Sequence record: MT764206.1 | From: Escherichia phage JEP6 | Length of the DNA stretch: 64,000 nucleotides | Strand: one strand, 5' to 3' | Part shown: in pieces, positions 22,392 to 33,991 of the stretch | How positions within the stretch are numbered: position 1 is the first letter of the stretch | Layout: every line of letters starts with the position of its first letter | Notes under the pieces: model-generated | Database searches by the model: none | What the model was told of the DNA's origin: nothing | What the model saw: only the letters and a program-made list of their open reading frames with translations | Program-made: the position numbers and the translations under genes

Positions 22392-25300
22392 ATGGCCGAG
22401 ATTAAAAGAAAGTTCAGAGCAGAAGACGGTCTGGACGCAGGTGGCGATAAAATAATCAACGTAGCTTTAGCTGATCGTACCGTAGGAACTGACGGTGTTA
22501 ACGTTGATTACTTAATTCAAGAAAACACAGTTCAACAATATGATCCAACTCGTGGATATTTAAAAGATTTTGTAATCATTTATGATAACCGCTTTTGGGC
22601 TGCTATAAATGATATTCCAAAACCAGCAGGAGCTTTTAATAGCGTACGTTGGAGAGCATTACGTACTGATGCTAATTGGACAACTGTTTCATCAGGACCT
22701 TATCAATTAAAGTCAGGCGAATCAATTTCAGTTGATACTGCAGCTGGTAATGACATTACATTTACTTTACCATCTTCTCCAATTGATGGAGATACTATCG
22801 TTCTTCAAGATATTGGTGGAAAACCTGGTGTTAACCAAGTTTTAATTGTAGCTCCAGTGCAAAGTATTGTAAACTTTAGAGGTGAACAGGTACGTTCAGT
22901 ACTAATGACTCATCCAAAGTCACAGCTAGTTTTAATTTTTAGTAATCGTCTGTGGCAAATGTATGTCGCTGATTATAGTAGAGAAGCTGTAGTTGTAACG
23001 CCTGCGAGTCTCTATCAGGCGCAATCAAACGATTTTATCGTACGTAGATTTACTTCTGCTGCACCAATTAATGTTAAACTTCCAAGATTTGCTAATCATG
23101 GCGATATTATTAATTTCGTCGATTTAGATAAACTAAATCCGCTTTATCATACAATTGTTACTACATACGATGAAACGACTTCAATACAAGAAGTTGGAAC
23201 TCATTCCATTGAAGGCCGTACAACAATTGACGGTTTCTTGATGTTTGATGATAATGAGAAATTGTGGAGATTGTTTGACGGGGATAGTAAAGCGCGTTTA
23301 CGCATTATAACGACTAATTCTAATATTCGTCCAAATGAAGAAGTTATGGTATTTGGTGCGAATAACGGAACAGCTCAGACAATTGAACTTCAGCTTCCGA
23401 CTGATATTTCTGTTGGTGATACTGTCAAAATTTCCATGAATTACATGAGAAAAGGACAAACAGTTAAAATCAAAGCTGCCGGTGAAGATAAAATTGCTTC
23501 TTCAGTTCAATTGCTGCAATTCCCAAAACGCTCAGAATATCCACCTGAAGCTGAATGGGTGACTGTTCAAGAATTAGTTTTTAACGGCGAAACTAATTAT
23601 GTTCCAGTTTTACAGCTTGCTTATATAGAAGATTCTGATGGAAAATATTGGGTTGTACAGCAAAACGTTCCAACCGTAGAAAGAGTTGATTCTTTAAATG
23701 ATTCTACTAGAGCAAGATTAGGCGTAATTGCTTTAGCTACACAAGCTCAAGCTAATGTCGATTTAGAAAATTCTCCACAAAAAGAATTAGCAATTACTCC
23801 AGAAACGTTAGCTAATCGTACTGCTACAGAAACTCGTAGAGGTATTGCAAGAATAGCAACTACTGCTCAAGTGAATCAGAACACCACATTCTCTTTTGCT
23901 GATGATATTATCATCACTCCTAAAAAGCTGAATGAAAGAACTGCTACAGAAACTCGTAGAGGTGTTGCTGAAATTGCTACACAGCAAGAAACTAACGCAG
24001 GTACTGATGATACTACAATCATCACTCCTAAAAAGCTTCAAGCTCGTCAAGGTTCTGAGTCATTATCTGGTATTGTAACTTTTGTATCTACTGCAGGTGC
24101 TACTCCAGCTTCTAGCCGTGAATTAAATGGTACGAATGTTTATAATAAAAACACTAATAATTTAGTTGTTTCGCCTAAAGCACTGGATCAGTATAAAGCT
24201 ACTCCAACGCAACAAGGTGCAGTAATTTTAGCAGTTGAAAGTGAAGTAATTGCTGGACAAAGCCAAGAAGGATGGGCAAATGCGGTTGTAACGCCAGAAA
24301 CGTTACATAAAAAGACATCAACTGATGCAAGAATTGGTTTAATTGAAATTGCTACGCAAAGTGAAGTTAATACAGGAACTGATTATACTCGCGCAGTCAC
24401 TCCTAAAACTTTAAATGACCGTAGAGCAACTGAAAGTTTAAGTGGTATAGCTGAAATTGCTACGCAAGTTGAATTCGACGCAGGCGTCGACGATACTCGT
24501 ATCTCTACACCATTAAAAATTAAAACTAGATTTAACAGTACTGATCGTACTTCTGTTGTTGCTCTATCTGGATTAGTTGAATCAGGAACTCTCTGGGACC
24601 ATTATACCCTTAATATTCTTGAAGCAAATGAGACACAACGTGGTACACTTCGTGTGGCTACGCAAGTTGAAGCTGCTGCTGGAAAATTAGATAATGTTTT
24701 AATAACTCCTAAAAAGCTTTTAGGTACTAAATCTACTGAAGCACAAGAAGGTGTTATTAAAGTTGCAACTCAGTCTGAAACTGTGACTGGAACATCAGCA
24801 AATACTGCTGTATCTCCGAAAAATTTAAAATGGATCGTGCAGAGCGAACCTACTTGGGCAGCTACTACTGCAGTAAGAGGCTTTGTTAAAACTTCATCTG
24901 GTTCAATTACATTCGTTGGTAATGATACAGTCGGTTCTACCCAAGATTTAGAACTGTATGAGAAAAATAGCTATGCAGTATCACCATATGAATTAAACCG
25001 TGTATTAGCAAATTATTTGCCGTTAAAAGCAAAAGCTGTAGATAGTAATTTACTGGATGGTCTAGATTCATCTCAGTTCATTCGTAGGGATATTGCACAA
25101 ACGGTTAATGGTTCACTAACCTTAACCCAACAAACGAATCTGAGTGCCCCTCTTGTATCATCTAGTACTGGTGAATTTGGTGGTTCATTGGCTGCTAACT
25201 CAACATTTACCATCCGTAATACAGGAGCCCCGACCAGTATCGTTTTCGAAAAAGGTCCTGCATCTGGCGCAAACCCGGCACAGTCAATGAGTATTCGTGT

Positions 25301-26261
25301 ATGGGGTAACCAGTTTAGCGGTGGAAGTAATACAAATCGTTCGACCGTGTTTGAAGTTGGTGATGAAACATCTTATCACTTTTATTCTCAACGCGATAAA
25401 GATGGTAATATAGCATTTAGCATTAATGGTACTGTAATGCCAATAAATGTGAATGCTTTAGGTTCTTTGAATGCGAATGGCGTTGCAACATTCGGTAGTT
25501 CAGTTACTGCTAATGGCGAATTTATCAGTAAATCGTCGAATGCTTTTAGAGCAATAAATGGAAATTACGGATTCTTTATTCGTAACGCTGGTAATGACAC
25601 CTATTTTATGCTCACTGCAGCCGGTGACCAAACTGGTGGATTTAATGCATTACGTCCATTATCAATTAATAATCAGTCCGGTCAAGTAACGATTGGTGAA
25701 AACTTAATCATTGCCAAAGGTGCTACTATAAATTCAGGTGGTTTAACTGTTAACTCTAGAATTCGTTCTCAGGGTACTAAAACATCTGATTTATATACTC
25801 GTGCGCCAACATCTGATACTGTAGGATTCTGGTCAATCGATATTAATGATTCAGCCACTTATAACCAGTTCCCGGGTTATTTTGAAATGGTTGAAAAAAC
25901 TAATGAAGTGACTGGGCTTCCATACTTAGAACGTGGCGAAGAGGTTAAATCTCCTGGTACGTTGACTCAGTTTGGTAACACACTTGATTCGCTTTACCAA
26001 GATTGGATTACTTATCCAACGACCCCAGAAGCACGCACCACTCGCTGGACACGCACATGGCAGAAAACCAAAAACTCTTGGTCAAGTTTTGTTCAGGTAT
26101 TTGATGGGGGTAACCCTCCTCAGCCATCTGATATCGGTGCTTTACCATCTGATAATGCTATAATGGGGAATCTTACTATTCGTGATTTCTTACGAATTGG
26201 TAATGTTCGCATTATTCCTGACCCAGTGAATAAAACGGTTAAATTTGAATGGGTTGAATAA
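22392..26261 (+). CDS. 34: long tail fibre proximal subunit gp34
   Basis: 1289 aa; late promoter TATAAATA 35 bp upstream; internal repeated sequence modules. Confidence 0.9.
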   Translation: MAEIKRKFRAEDGLDAGGDKIINVALADRTVGTDGVNVDYLIQENTVQQYDPTRGYLKDFVIIYDNRFWAAINDIPKPAGAFNSVRWRALRTDANWTTVSSGPYQLKSGESISVDTAAGNDITFTLPSSPIDGDTIVLQDIGGKPGVNQVLIVAPVQSIVNFRGEQVRSVLMTHPKSQLVLIFSNRLWQMYVADYSREAVVVTPASLYQAQSNDFIVRRFTSAAPINVKLPRFANHGDIINFVDLDKLNPLYHTIVTTYDETTSIQEVGTHSIEGRTTIDGFLMFDDNEKLWRLFDGDSKARLRIITTNSNIRPNEEVMVFGANNGTAQTIELQLPTDISVGDTVKISMNYMRKGQTVKIKAAGEDKIASSVQLLQFPKRSEYPPEAEWVTVQELVFNGETNYVPVLQLAYIEDSDGKYWVVQQNVPTVERVDSLNDSTRARLGVIALATQAQANVDLENSPQKELAITPETLANRTATETRRGIARIATTAQVNQNTTFSFADDIIITPKKLNERTATETRRGVAEIATQQETNAGTDDTTIITPKKLQARQGSESLSGIVTFVSTAGATPASSRELNGTNVYNKNTNNLVVSPKALDQYKATPTQQGAVILAVESEVIAGQSQEGWANAVVTPETLHKKTSTDARIGLIEIATQSEVNTGTDYTRAVTPKTLNDRRATESLSGIAEIATQVEFDAGVDDTRISTPLKIKTRFNSTDRTSVVALSGLVESGTLWDHYTLNILEANETQRGTLRVATQVEAAAGKLDNVLITPKKLLGTKSTEAQEGVIKVATQSETVTGTSANTAVSPKNLKWIVQSEPTWAATTAVRGFVKTSSGSITFVGNDTVGSTQDLELYEKNSYAVSPYELNRVLANYLPLKAKAVDSNLLDGLDSSQFIRRDIAQTVNGSLTLTQQTNLSAPLVSSSTGEFGGSLAANSTFTIRNTGAPTSIVFEKGPASGANPAQSMSIRVWGNQFSGGSNTNRSTVFEVGDETSYHFYSQRDKDGNIAFSINGTVMPINVNALGSLNANGVATFGSSVTANGEFISKSSNAFRAINGNYGFFIRNAGNDTYFMLTAAGDQTGGFNALRPLSINNQSGQVTIGENLIIAKGATINSGGLTVNSRIRSQGTKTSDLYTRAPTSDTVGFWSIDINDSATYNQFPGYFEMVEKTNEVTGLPYLERGEEVKSPGTLTQFGNTLDSLYQDWITYPTTPEARTTRWTRTWQKTKNSWSSFVQVFDGGNPPQPSDIGALPSDNAIMGNLTIRDFLRIGNVRIIPDPVNKTVKFEWVE
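23790..24800 (+). repeat. in-frame tandem sequence modules inside gene 34
   Basis: Six or more imperfect repeats of ITPKKL/ETL...ATETRRG...IATQ...; coding, not a repeat array. Confidence 0.5.
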
Positions 26262-26269
26262 GAGGTATT

Positions 26270-27388
26270 ATGGAAAAATTTATGGCAGAGTTTGGACAAG
26301 GATATGTCCAAACGCCATTTTTATCGGAAAGCAATTCAGTAAGATATAAAATAAGTATAGCGGGTTCTTGCCCGCTTTCTACTGCAGAAGGACCATACGT
26401 TAAATTTCAGGATAATCCTGTCGGAAGTCAAACATTTAGCGCAGGACTTCATTTAAGAGTTTTTGACCCTTCTACAGGAGCATTAGTTGATAGTAAGTCA
26501 TATGCTTTTTCGACTTCAAATGATACTACATCAGCTGCTTTTGTTAGTTTCATGAATTCTTTTTCAAACAACAGACTTGTTGCTATATTAACTAGCGGAA
26601 AGGTTAATTTTCCTCCTGAGGTAGTATCTTGGCTAAGAGCCGCGGGAACGTCTGCTTTTCCATCTGATTCTGTATTGTCAAGATTTGACGTATCATATGC
26701 TGCTTTTTACACTTCTTCTAAAAGAGCTATTGCATTGGAACATGTTAAACTAAGTAATAGAAAAAGCACAGATGACTATCAAACTATTTTAGATGTTGTA
26801 TTTGATAGTTTAGAAGACGTTGGAGCTACAGGATTTCCTAAAAGAACATACGAAAGCGTTGAGCAATTTATGTCAGCGGTTGGTGGAACTAATAACGAAA
26901 TTGCACGTCTACCAACTTCATCCGCGATAAGTAAACTTTCTGACTACAATTTAATTCCTGGCGATGTTCTTTATCTTAAAGCACAACTATATGCTGATGA
27001 AGATTTACTTGCTCTTGGAACTACTAATATATCCATTAGATTTTATAATGAATCTGATGGATATATTTCTTCAACGCACGCTGAGTTTACTGGACAAGCT
27101 GGGTCATGGGAATTAAAGGAAGATTATGTAGTTATTCCAGAAAATGCAGTAGGATTTACGATATATGCACAAAGAACTGCTCAAGCTGGTCAAGGTGGCA
27201 TGAGGAATTTAAGTTTTTCTGAAGTATCAAGAAATGGCGGAATTTCAAAACCTGCAGAATTTGGCGTCAATGGTATTCGAGTTAATTATGTCTGTGAATC
27301 TGCTTCACCTCCGGATATAATGGTACTTCCTACACAAGCATCGTCTAAAACTGGTAAAGTGTTTGGGCAAGAATTTAGAGAAGTATAA
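26270..27388 (+). CDS. 35: long tail fibre hinge protein gp35
   Basis: 372 aa. Confidence 0.85.
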   Translation: MEKFMAEFGQGYVQTPFLSESNSVRYKISIAGSCPLSTAEGPYVKFQDNPVGSQTFSAGLHLRVFDPSTGALVDSKSYAFSTSNDTTSAAFVSFMNSFSNNRLVAILTSGKVNFPPEVVSWLRAAGTSAFPSDSVLSRFDVSYAAFYTSSKRAIALEHVKLSNRKSTDDYQTILDVVFDSLEDVGATGFPKRTYESVEQFMSAVGGTNNEIARLPTSSAISKLSDYNLIPGDVLYLKAQLYADEDLLALGTTNISIRFYNESDGYISSTHAEFTGQAGSWELKEDYVVIPENAVGFTIYAQRTAQAGQGGMRNLSFSEVSRNGGISKPAEFGVNGIRVNYVCESASPPDIMVLPTQASSKTGKVFGQEFREV

Positions 27389-27393
27389 ATTGA

Positions 27394-27420
27394 GGGAGCC
27401 TTCGGGTTCCCTTTTTCTTT
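27394..27420 (+). terminator. rho-independent terminator after gene 35
   Basis: Hairpin GGGAGCC-TTCG-GGTTCCC then TTTTTCTTT. Confidence 0.65.
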
Positions 27421-27427
27421 ATAAATA
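27420..27427 (+). promoter_or_regulatory. late promoter TATAAATA for genes 36-37
   Basis: Exact TATAAATA 24 bp upstream of gene 36 ATG. Confidence 0.7.
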
Positions 27428-27450
27428 CTATTAAAATAAAGGGGCATACA

Positions 27451-28128
27451 ATGGCTGATTTAAAAGTAGGTTCAACAACCGGAGGCTCTGTCATTTGGCA
27501 TCAAGGAAATTTTCCATTGAATCCAGCCGGTGACGATGTACTCTATAAATCATTTAAAATATATTCAGAATATAATAAACCACAAGCTGCTGATAACGAT
27601 TTCGTTTCTAAAGCTAATGGTGGCACATATTTAAACAAAGTATCATTTAATGCAGGTGTACAAATCCCGTTTTCTAAAGACGGCGTAATTCAAACAGGGA
27701 ACATTAATGGTATTTTTCCCGGAGTTGATGATGGGGCCGATTTTACAGCAAACAACCTAGATATCGTTTCTTGGTATGGTGTTGGATTTAAATCTTCATT
27801 AGGTAATTCAGGATATACGATATCCATTAATACTCGTACAGGCACAATTAATACTAAAGGCGGTGTTTACGCCTCTGGACAAGTTCGTTCAGACATGGCT
27901 GCACCTGTTGCGGTTAACGATCTTACTCGTAAAGATTATGTTGATGGAGCAATAAATATTGTTACAGCAAACGCAAACTCTAGGGTATTACGCTCTGGAG
28001 ACACTATGACAGGAAATTTAACTGCGCCAAACCTTTTTTCACAGAATCCTGCATCTCAACCCTCGCATGTTCCACGATTTGACCAAATCGTAATTAAGGA
28101 TTCTGTTCAAGATTTCGGCTATTATTAA
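27451..28128 (+). CDS. 36: long tail fibre distal connector gp36
   Basis: 225 aa; own late promoter upstream. Confidence 0.85.
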   Translation: MADLKVGSTTGGSVIWHQGNFPLNPAGDDVLYKSFKIYSEYNKPQAADNDFVSKANGGTYLNKVSFNAGVQIPFSKDGVIQTGNINGIFPGVDDGADFTANNLDIVSWYGVGFKSSLGNSGYTISINTRTGTINTKGGVYASGQVRSDMAAPVAVNDLTRKDYVDGAINIVTANANSRVLRSGDTMTGNLTAPNLFSQNPASQPSHVPRFDQIVIKDSVQDFGYY

Positions 28129-28136
28129 GAGGACTT

Positions 28137-31100
28137 ATGGCTACTTTAAAACAAATACAATTTAAAAGAAGCAAAACTGCAGGAGCACGTCCTGCCGCTT
28201 CAGTATTAGCCGAAGGTGAATTGGCTATAAACTTAAAAGACCGTGTACTTTTTACTAAAGATGACCAGGGAAATATTATTGATTTAGGTTTTGCTAAAGG
28301 CGGTAGTATTGACGGGAATGTTATTCATACAGGCAATTATAACCAAACTGGCGATTATACTTTAAATGGCGTCTTCACTCAGACTGGTAATTTTAATTTA
28401 ACTGGTATTGCTCGAGTAACTCGTGATATTATTGCTGCTGGGCAGATTATGACTGAAGGCGGAGAACTTATTACAAAAAGTTCAGGAACGGCACACGTTC
28501 GTTTTCATGATTCCGCCGACCGTGAACGCGGTATTATTTTTTCTCCTGCTAATGACGGTTTAACTACACAAGTAGTTAACATCAGAGTTCAAGATTACAA
28601 AGCTGGTTCAGAAAGCACTTTCGCTTTTAATGGAAATGGTTTGTTTTCTTCACCAGAAGTTTTTGGGTGGAAATCTGTATCAACTCCGGTAATTTATACC
28701 AATAAAGTTATCACCAATAAAAAAGTTAAAGATGATTATGACATCTATTCGATGGCAGACAATGTTCCAATATCTGAAAGCACTACTGCTATTAATCATC
28801 TTCGTGTCATGCGTAATGCCGTTGGTTCTGCTGTTTTCCATGAAGTTAAAGATAGTGATGGAATAACTTGGTATACAGGTAACGGGTTAGATACCTATCT
28901 TTGGTCGTTTACCTGGTCCGGTGGATTGAAAGCCGGTCATTCTATTTCTGTAGGCGCCCCAGGCGGCCCCAAAGGATATTCTGAATTAGGAACGGCCTCA
29001 ATTGTTCTTGGGGATAATGACACCGGGTTAAAATGGCACCAGGACGGATATTATTTCAGCGTTAATAATGGAACAAAAACGTTTTTATTTAGTCCAAGCG
29101 AAACAACTAGTCTAAGAAAATTTGTAGCTGGATATTCTACTAACGGAAGCGATTTAACTACTCCTCCAACTGAAAATTATGCTCTTGCTACTGTAGTGAC
29201 ATACCATGATAATAACGCGTTTGGGGATGGTCAGACTCTTTTAGGATATTATCAAGGCGGTAACTATCATCATTATTTCCGCGGCAAAGGTACTACAAAC
29301 ATTAATACTCATGGCGGTTTGTTGGTTACTCCTGGTAATATTGACGTTATTGGTGGTTCTGTTAATATCGATGGTAGAAATAATGCTTCTACACTGATGT
29401 TTAGAGGTAACACAACAGGTAGTAGTTCTGTGGATAACATGACAATTTCTGTGTGGGGTAATACATTTACTAATCCTAGCGAAGGTAATCGCAAAAATGT
29501 CATGGAAATTTCCGATGCAACTAGCTGGATGAGCTATATTCAAAGACTTACTACCGGTGAAGTAGAAATGAACGTCAATGGTTCATTTGAATCATCGGGT
29601 GTTACTGCTGGAAATAGAGGAGTTCATACAACAGGCGAAATTTCATCTGGAGCGGTGAATGCGCTTCGCATTTGGAACGCAGATTATGGAGCCATTTTCC
29701 GTCGTTCAGAAAACAGTCTTCATATTATTCCGACTGCTTACGGTGAAGGCAAAAATGGCAATATCGGTCCACTTCGTCCGTTTAGCATGGCTTTAGATAC
29801 AGGTAAGGTCGTTATTCCTGATTTAGATTTAAGTTATGCTTCTTTTGCCGCAAATGGTTATATTAAATTCGGCGGTCATGGAGCTGGGGCTGGAGGTTAT
29901 GCCGTTCAATATGCTCAAGCGGCTCCTATTTTCCAGGAAATTGATGATGATGCTGTAAGCAAATATTATCCTATTGTTAAACAGAAATTCTTAAACGGTA
30001 AAGCAGTTTGGTCTTTAGGTACTGAAATTAATTCTGGTACATTCGTTATTCATCATCTGAAAGAAGATGGTTCACAAGGCCATACGTCTCGTTTTAATCA
30101 AGACGGTACTGTTAATTTCCCTGATAATGTTCAGGTTGGCGGTGGTGAAGCTACTATTGCTAGAAATGGTAATATTTTTTCTGATATTTGGAAATCGTTT
30201 ACTTCAGCAGGAGACACCACAAACATTCGCGATGCGATAGCTACTCGTGTTGCCAAAGAAGGCGATACGATGACTGGCAAATTAATCGTTAAAAGAGGCT
30301 CTGACGCTATTAACATTGCTGCCGATGAAAATGATTCTGCTTATTTACTTGGAACATCGGGTGGAGCGAATTCGTGGTACATCGGTAAAGGCGGGGCAGA
30401 TGACACTGCTTCATTTTATAATTTTAAGACTACGGCAGGAATTACTCTTAATAATGTAGGCGATATTGATTTTAATGTTAAAAATCAAGCTACTGCAGCT
30501 TCATTAAATTTTTATCGTTTATATTTAAACGGAAGACAGTGGACAGCTACCCAAGGCCACGGTTACGGAAACCAATGGCAAACAGAAGCCCCATTCTTCG
30601 TTGATTTTGGTGAATCTGTTCCAAAAGATAGTTATATGCCTATAATTAAAGGAAGAAGCCAAATCATTAATGAAGGATATGCAACAAAGGTAGATTTTGG
30701 TATTGTTCGATTAGGTGGAAATGCTGCTTGGGGAAATGCAGTAATTCGTGTTGGTTCTGCAGAAAGCGGAGATAGCCCTCATCCTAATGCAATATTTGAG
30801 TTTCAGGCTAATGGAGATTTTAAAGCTCCGGTTGGTCTTCGTGCTGGTGTTAACTTAGCTGTTGGTACTGATCCTATTTTTGGTGGACCTTCTATTGCCA
30901 TCGGTGATAATGACACTGGTTTAGTATGGGGTGGTGATGGTCGTATTAACATGCTTGCCGATGGTGTTCATATTGCGTCATGGGGGTCTCAACGTCTGGC
31001 ACATGAGGGGTTATGGGATTCATACGGGTCGTTTTGGACAGAAGTCGGTAAAGCGATTGTTTCACATGGCCATTTAGTCCAACAGGGTGATGCCTATTCT

Positions 31101-31463
31101 ACCTTTGTTCGTGATGTTTATGTCCGTTCTGATATTCGTGTTAAAAAAGACCTTGTTAAATTTGAAAATGCTTCTGAGAAGCTTTCTAAAATTAACGGTT
31201 ACACTTATATGCAGAAGCGAGGCCTAGATGAAGAAGGCAATCAGAAATGGGAACCTAACGCTGGTTTGATAGCTCAAGAAGTTCAAGCTATTTTGCCAGA
31301 ATTAGTTGAAGGTGACCCTGATGGTGAAGCTTTACTTCGTTTGAACTATAACGGTGTAATTGGTTTAAATACAGCTGCAATCAATGAGCATACTGCAGAA
31401 ATTGCAGAACTTAAATCAGAAATCGAAGAACTTAAAGCATTAGTTAAATCATTGTTAAAATAA
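28137..31463 (+). CDS. 37: long tail fibre distal subunit gp37 with C-terminal intramolecular-chaperone-like domain
   Basis: 1108 aa; C-terminal ~110 aa show SDIRVKKD...GLIAQEV...coiled-coil pattern typical of self-cleaving chaperone domains. Confidence 0.85.
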   Translation: MATLKQIQFKRSKTAGARPAASVLAEGELAINLKDRVLFTKDDQGNIIDLGFAKGGSIDGNVIHTGNYNQTGDYTLNGVFTQTGNFNLTGIARVTRDIIAAGQIMTEGGELITKSSGTAHVRFHDSADRERGIIFSPANDGLTTQVVNIRVQDYKAGSESTFAFNGNGLFSSPEVFGWKSVSTPVIYTNKVITNKKVKDDYDIYSMADNVPISESTTAINHLRVMRNAVGSAVFHEVKDSDGITWYTGNGLDTYLWSFTWSGGLKAGHSISVGAPGGPKGYSELGTASIVLGDNDTGLKWHQDGYYFSVNNGTKTFLFSPSETTSLRKFVAGYSTNGSDLTTPPTENYALATVVTYHDNNAFGDGQTLLGYYQGGNYHHYFRGKGTTNINTHGGLLVTPGNIDVIGGSVNIDGRNNASTLMFRGNTTGSSSVDNMTISVWGNTFTNPSEGNRKNVMEISDATSWMSYIQRLTTGEVEMNVNGSFESSGVTAGNRGVHTTGEISSGAVNALRIWNADYGAIFRRSENSLHIIPTAYGEGKNGNIGPLRPFSMALDTGKVVIPDLDLSYASFAANGYIKFGGHGAGAGGYAVQYAQAAPIFQEIDDDAVSKYYPIVKQKFLNGKAVWSLGTEINSGTFVIHHLKEDGSQGHTSRFNQDGTVNFPDNVQVGGGEATIARNGNIFSDIWKSFTSAGDTTNIRDAIATRVAKEGDTMTGKLIVKRGSDAINIAADENDSAYLLGTSGGANSWYIGKGGADDTASFYNFKTTAGITLNNVGDIDFNVKNQATAASLNFYRLYLNGRQWTATQGHGYGNQWQTEAPFFVDFGESVPKDSYMPIIKGRSQIINEGYATKVDFGIVRLGGNAAWGNAVIRVGSAESGDSPHPNAIFEFQANGDFKAPVGLRAGVNLAVGTDPIFGGPSIAIGDNDTGLVWGGDGRINMLADGVHIASWGSQRLAHEGLWDSYGSFWTEVGKAIVSHGHLVQQGDAYSTFVRDVYVRSDIRVKKDLVKFENASEKLSKINGYTYMQKRGLDEEGNQKWEPNAGLIAQEVQAILPELVEGDPDGEALLRLNYNGVIGLNTAAINEHTAEIAELKSEIEELKALVKSLLK

Positions 31464-31494
31464 TAAGAGGGGCTTCGGCCCCTTGGAGGTTTAT

Positions 31495-32289
31495 ATGGCA
31501 GTAGCAGGACCGTGGATAGGAACTTCTGCATTGGCACAGACTGGAGACCATTGGATGGCAGGAGCAGCCGCAAGATTAAGAATGGGAGTTCCATTTTGGA
31601 TGAGTAATATGATAGGTCGATCCGTTGAAGTAATTCATACACTTGGAGCAGACCATAACTTTAATGGTCAATGGTTCCGAGATAGATGTTTTGAGGCAGG
31701 TAGTGCACCTATAGTGTTTAATATCACAGGAAATTTGGTATCATATTCTAGAGATGTTCCTTTATTCTTCATGTATGGAGATACACCAAATGAATATGTT
31801 CAGTTGAATATTAGCGGTGGAGCTCATATGTGGGGCAGAGGTGGACAAGGTGGATGGACTCATTCTGGTGGAGATGGTAATGGTCAACAGGGTGGACATT
31901 GTATTCAAAATGACATTGGTGGTCGATTAAGAATTAATAATGGTGGAGTAATTTGTGGCGGTGGTGGCGGTGGTGGCGGTATCGCTTATCGTCCTCACTC
32001 TGGCGCAAGGTGGCAAGATATTGGTGGCGGTGGAGGAAGACCATTTGGCCCAGGAGGAGGCGGAGGTTATTCCGGTGGCGCAGCTTCTTATGATGGCCCA
32101 GGAGGTGGTTATAATTATGGTAATGCTCACTCTGGCCAGGGTGGTGATGCTGGCGCAAATGGACAAAATGCCTGGCGTTATGGCGGTAAAGTTCTAAAAG
32201 TTGGAGCTGGTGGCGCTGCCGGATATGCTGTTATAGGATCAGCTCCAACATGGCAAAATGTTGGAGCAATATATGGTCCAAGAGTATAA
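31495..32289 (+). CDS. 38: gp38 receptor-recognising adhesin (glycine-rich, T2 type)
   Basis: 264 aa from ATG preceded by GGAGG (ORF track used upstream TTG); multiple poly-Gly stretches separating short variable segments. Confidence 0.75.
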   Translation: MAVAGPWIGTSALAQTGDHWMAGAAARLRMGVPFWMSNMIGRSVEVIHTLGADHNFNGQWFRDRCFEAGSAPIVFNITGNLVSYSRDVPLFFMYGDTPNEYVQLNISGGAHMWGRGGQGGWTHSGGDGNGQQGGHCIQNDIGGRLRINNGGVICGGGGGGGGIAYRPHSGARWQDIGGGGGRPFGPGGGGGYSGGAASYDGPGGGYNYGNAHSGQGGDAGANGQNAWRYGGKVLKVGAGGAAGYAVIGSAPTWQNVGAIYGPRV

Positions 32290-32319
32290 TTTGAATAAAT
32301 ATCCTTAAAAGGAGGGTCT

Positions 32320-32976
32320 ATGGCAGCACCTAGAATATCATTTTCGCCCTCTGATATTCTGTTGGGTGTTCTAGATCGCTTGTTCAAAGATAACGCTACC
32401 GGGAAGGTTCTTGCTTCCCGAGTAGCTGTCGTAATTCTTTTATTTATGATGGCGATTGTTTGGTATAGGGGAGATAGTTTCTTTGAGTACTATAAGCAAT
32501 CAAAGTATGAAACATACAGTGAAATTATTGAAAAGGAAAGAAATGCACGCTTTGAATCTGTCGCCCTGGAACAACTCCAAATAGTTCATATATCATCTGA
32601 GGCAGACTTTAGTGCGGTGTATTCTTTCCGCCCTAAAAACTTAAACTATTTTGTTGATATTATAGCATACGAAGGAAAATTACCTTCAACAATAAATGAA
32701 AAATCACTTGGAGGATATCCTGTTGATAAAACTATGGATGAATATACAGTTCATTTAAATGGACGTCATTATTATTCCAATTCAAAATTTGCTTTTTTAC
32801 CAACTAAAAAGCCTACTCCCGAAATAAACTACATGTACAGTTGTCCATATTTCAATTTGGATAATATCTATGCTGGAACAATAACCATGTACTGGTATAG
32901 AAATGATCATATAAGTAATGACCGCCTTGAATCAATATGTGCTCAGGCGGCCAGAATATTAGGAAGGGCTAAATAA
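32320..32976 (+). CDS. t: holin
   Basis: 218 aa; single TM segment near N-terminus; recognised T4 T sequence. Confidence 0.85.
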   Translation: MAAPRISFSPSDILLGVLDRLFKDNATGKVLASRVAVVILLFMMAIVWYRGDSFFEYYKQSKYETYSEIIEKERNARFESVALEQLQIVHISSEADFSAVYSFRPKNLNYFVDIIAYEGKLPSTINEKSLGGYPVDKTMDEYTVHLNGRHYYSNSKFAFLPTKKPTPEINYMYSCPYFNLDNIYAGTITMYWYRNDHISNDRLESICAQAARILGRAK

Positions 32977-33249
32977 TTATTTGTTCGTATACATCTCTAG
33001 ATATCGATATACACCCTCAAAACCCTCGTTGAATTCGTCGATGAGGGTTTTCTTATCTTCTTGGGTTAATTCAGAAACAATTTTACGGAATGAATTCTGA
33101 TTTAACTTTCTACCTTCATGCGTTACTCCAATCTCATTCAGAAATGCAATAAAAATAGCACGATTCTCAACAATATCTTCTCTGGAAAATTTAATCAAAA
33201 TAGACGCAATAGTAATAATTTCACGAACTGTATCAATGTTTTTATTCAT
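32977..33249 (-). CDS. asiA: anti-sigma70 factor AsiA
   Basis: 90 aa; recognised sequence. Confidence 0.9.
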   Translation of the reverse strand: MNKNIDTVREIITIASILIKFSREDIVENRAIFIAFLNEIGVTHEGRKLNQNSFRKIVSELTQEDKKTLIDEFNEGFEGVYRYLEMYTNK

Positions 33250-33261
33250 TAACTATACCAC

Positions 33262-33414
33262 TCAATTAGTTGACTTTGTTATAATATCATCAGACACTTG
33301 ATTTGTAAACTGGTCTGTGTTATTTTCTTCAAAAATTTTTTCTACGAATTCCTTGAACGACTCGCGTTCCTGAGCTGCATTATGCTCGATTACCATTTCA
33401 AGATTATGACTCAT
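33262..33414 (-). CDS. small hypothetical protein (asiA.1-like)
   Basis: 50-aa ORF found by manual translation; ATG overlaps arn stop (ATGA). Confidence 0.35.
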   Translation of the reverse strand: MSHNLEMVIEHNAAQERESFKEFVEKIFEENNTDQFTNQVSDDIITKSTN

Positions 33415-33689
33415 TCGAAATAATCTTCAATTTCGTAATCATGGACATAAAACATTATAGTTTTTAATACATCATCAATACTTTTTCCTGGAGCTGGAAT
33501 TACGTAAAAATACCCCGCCTTTGAGTTATCTTTATAAGTTCCAACCAAGAAATCATTATTCTCAAGATGTAGTTCTTCAACTAATTCATTAACAATTGAA
33601 TGGTATAGGTTTGGTAGAAACTTATATAGCTTTTCTAGAATGTCAATTTTGATTGTATATTGAACCACAGATTGAGAATCAATAATCAT
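33411..33689 (-). CDS. arn: Arn anti-restriction protein (McrBC inhibitor)
   Basis: 92 aa, acidic; position next to asiA. Confidence 0.75.
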   Translation of the reverse strand: MIIDSQSVVQYTIKIDILEKLYKFLPNLYHSIVNELVEELHLENNDFLVGTYKDNSKAGYFYVIPAPGKSIDDVLKTIMFYVHDYEIEDYFE

Positions 33690-33772
33690 AGACCTTCCCC
33701 TTATGTTTCTGTTTGCGATTAGATTCTTTAAACGCTTTCTTTTTATCTTTATGGACAGAAGCTTTATTAAAA

Positions 33773-33991
33773 TTATGTTTTGCGACTAAATTGTTCATAG
33801 TGCTGAATTACCTCTCTTAAACATTTGCATGTGAATGAAAACTTTTTAGCTACACCACATTCAAATATATGTTCTCTTAAATCGCGTGTATCGGTATATC
33901 CCATCTCAACAATAAAATGCCGTATTAGATTTTTATCTTTATCATTGAGAGAATTAAAATAATCAGATTTTGAATTAATTTCCCTGGCCAA
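33773..33991 (-). CDS. hypothetical protein
   Basis: 72-aa ORF. Confidence 0.45.
   Translation of the reverse strand: MAREINSKSDYFNSLNDKDKNLIRHFIVEMGYTDTRDLREHIFECGVAKKFSFTCKCLREVIQHYEQFSRKT

Noticed and set aside
23808-24050. 80-aa minus-strand ORF inside gene 34
   Set aside because: Antisense to a strongly supported tail-fibre gene within its repeat region; low-complexity Ser/Cys-rich translation
23790-24800. Possible repeat array in gene 34
   Set aside because: Repeats are in-frame protein modules of a structural fibre, not a CRISPR or satellite array
29241-29543. Minus-strand ORFs inside gene 37
   Set aside because: Antisense to the tail-fibre gene, no ribosome-binding site
31927-32197. 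Several overlapping 74-80 aa ORFs on both strands inside gene 38
   Set aside because: Artefacts of the GGT/GGC-rich glycine-coding repeats; His/Arg or Ala/Val low-complexity translations
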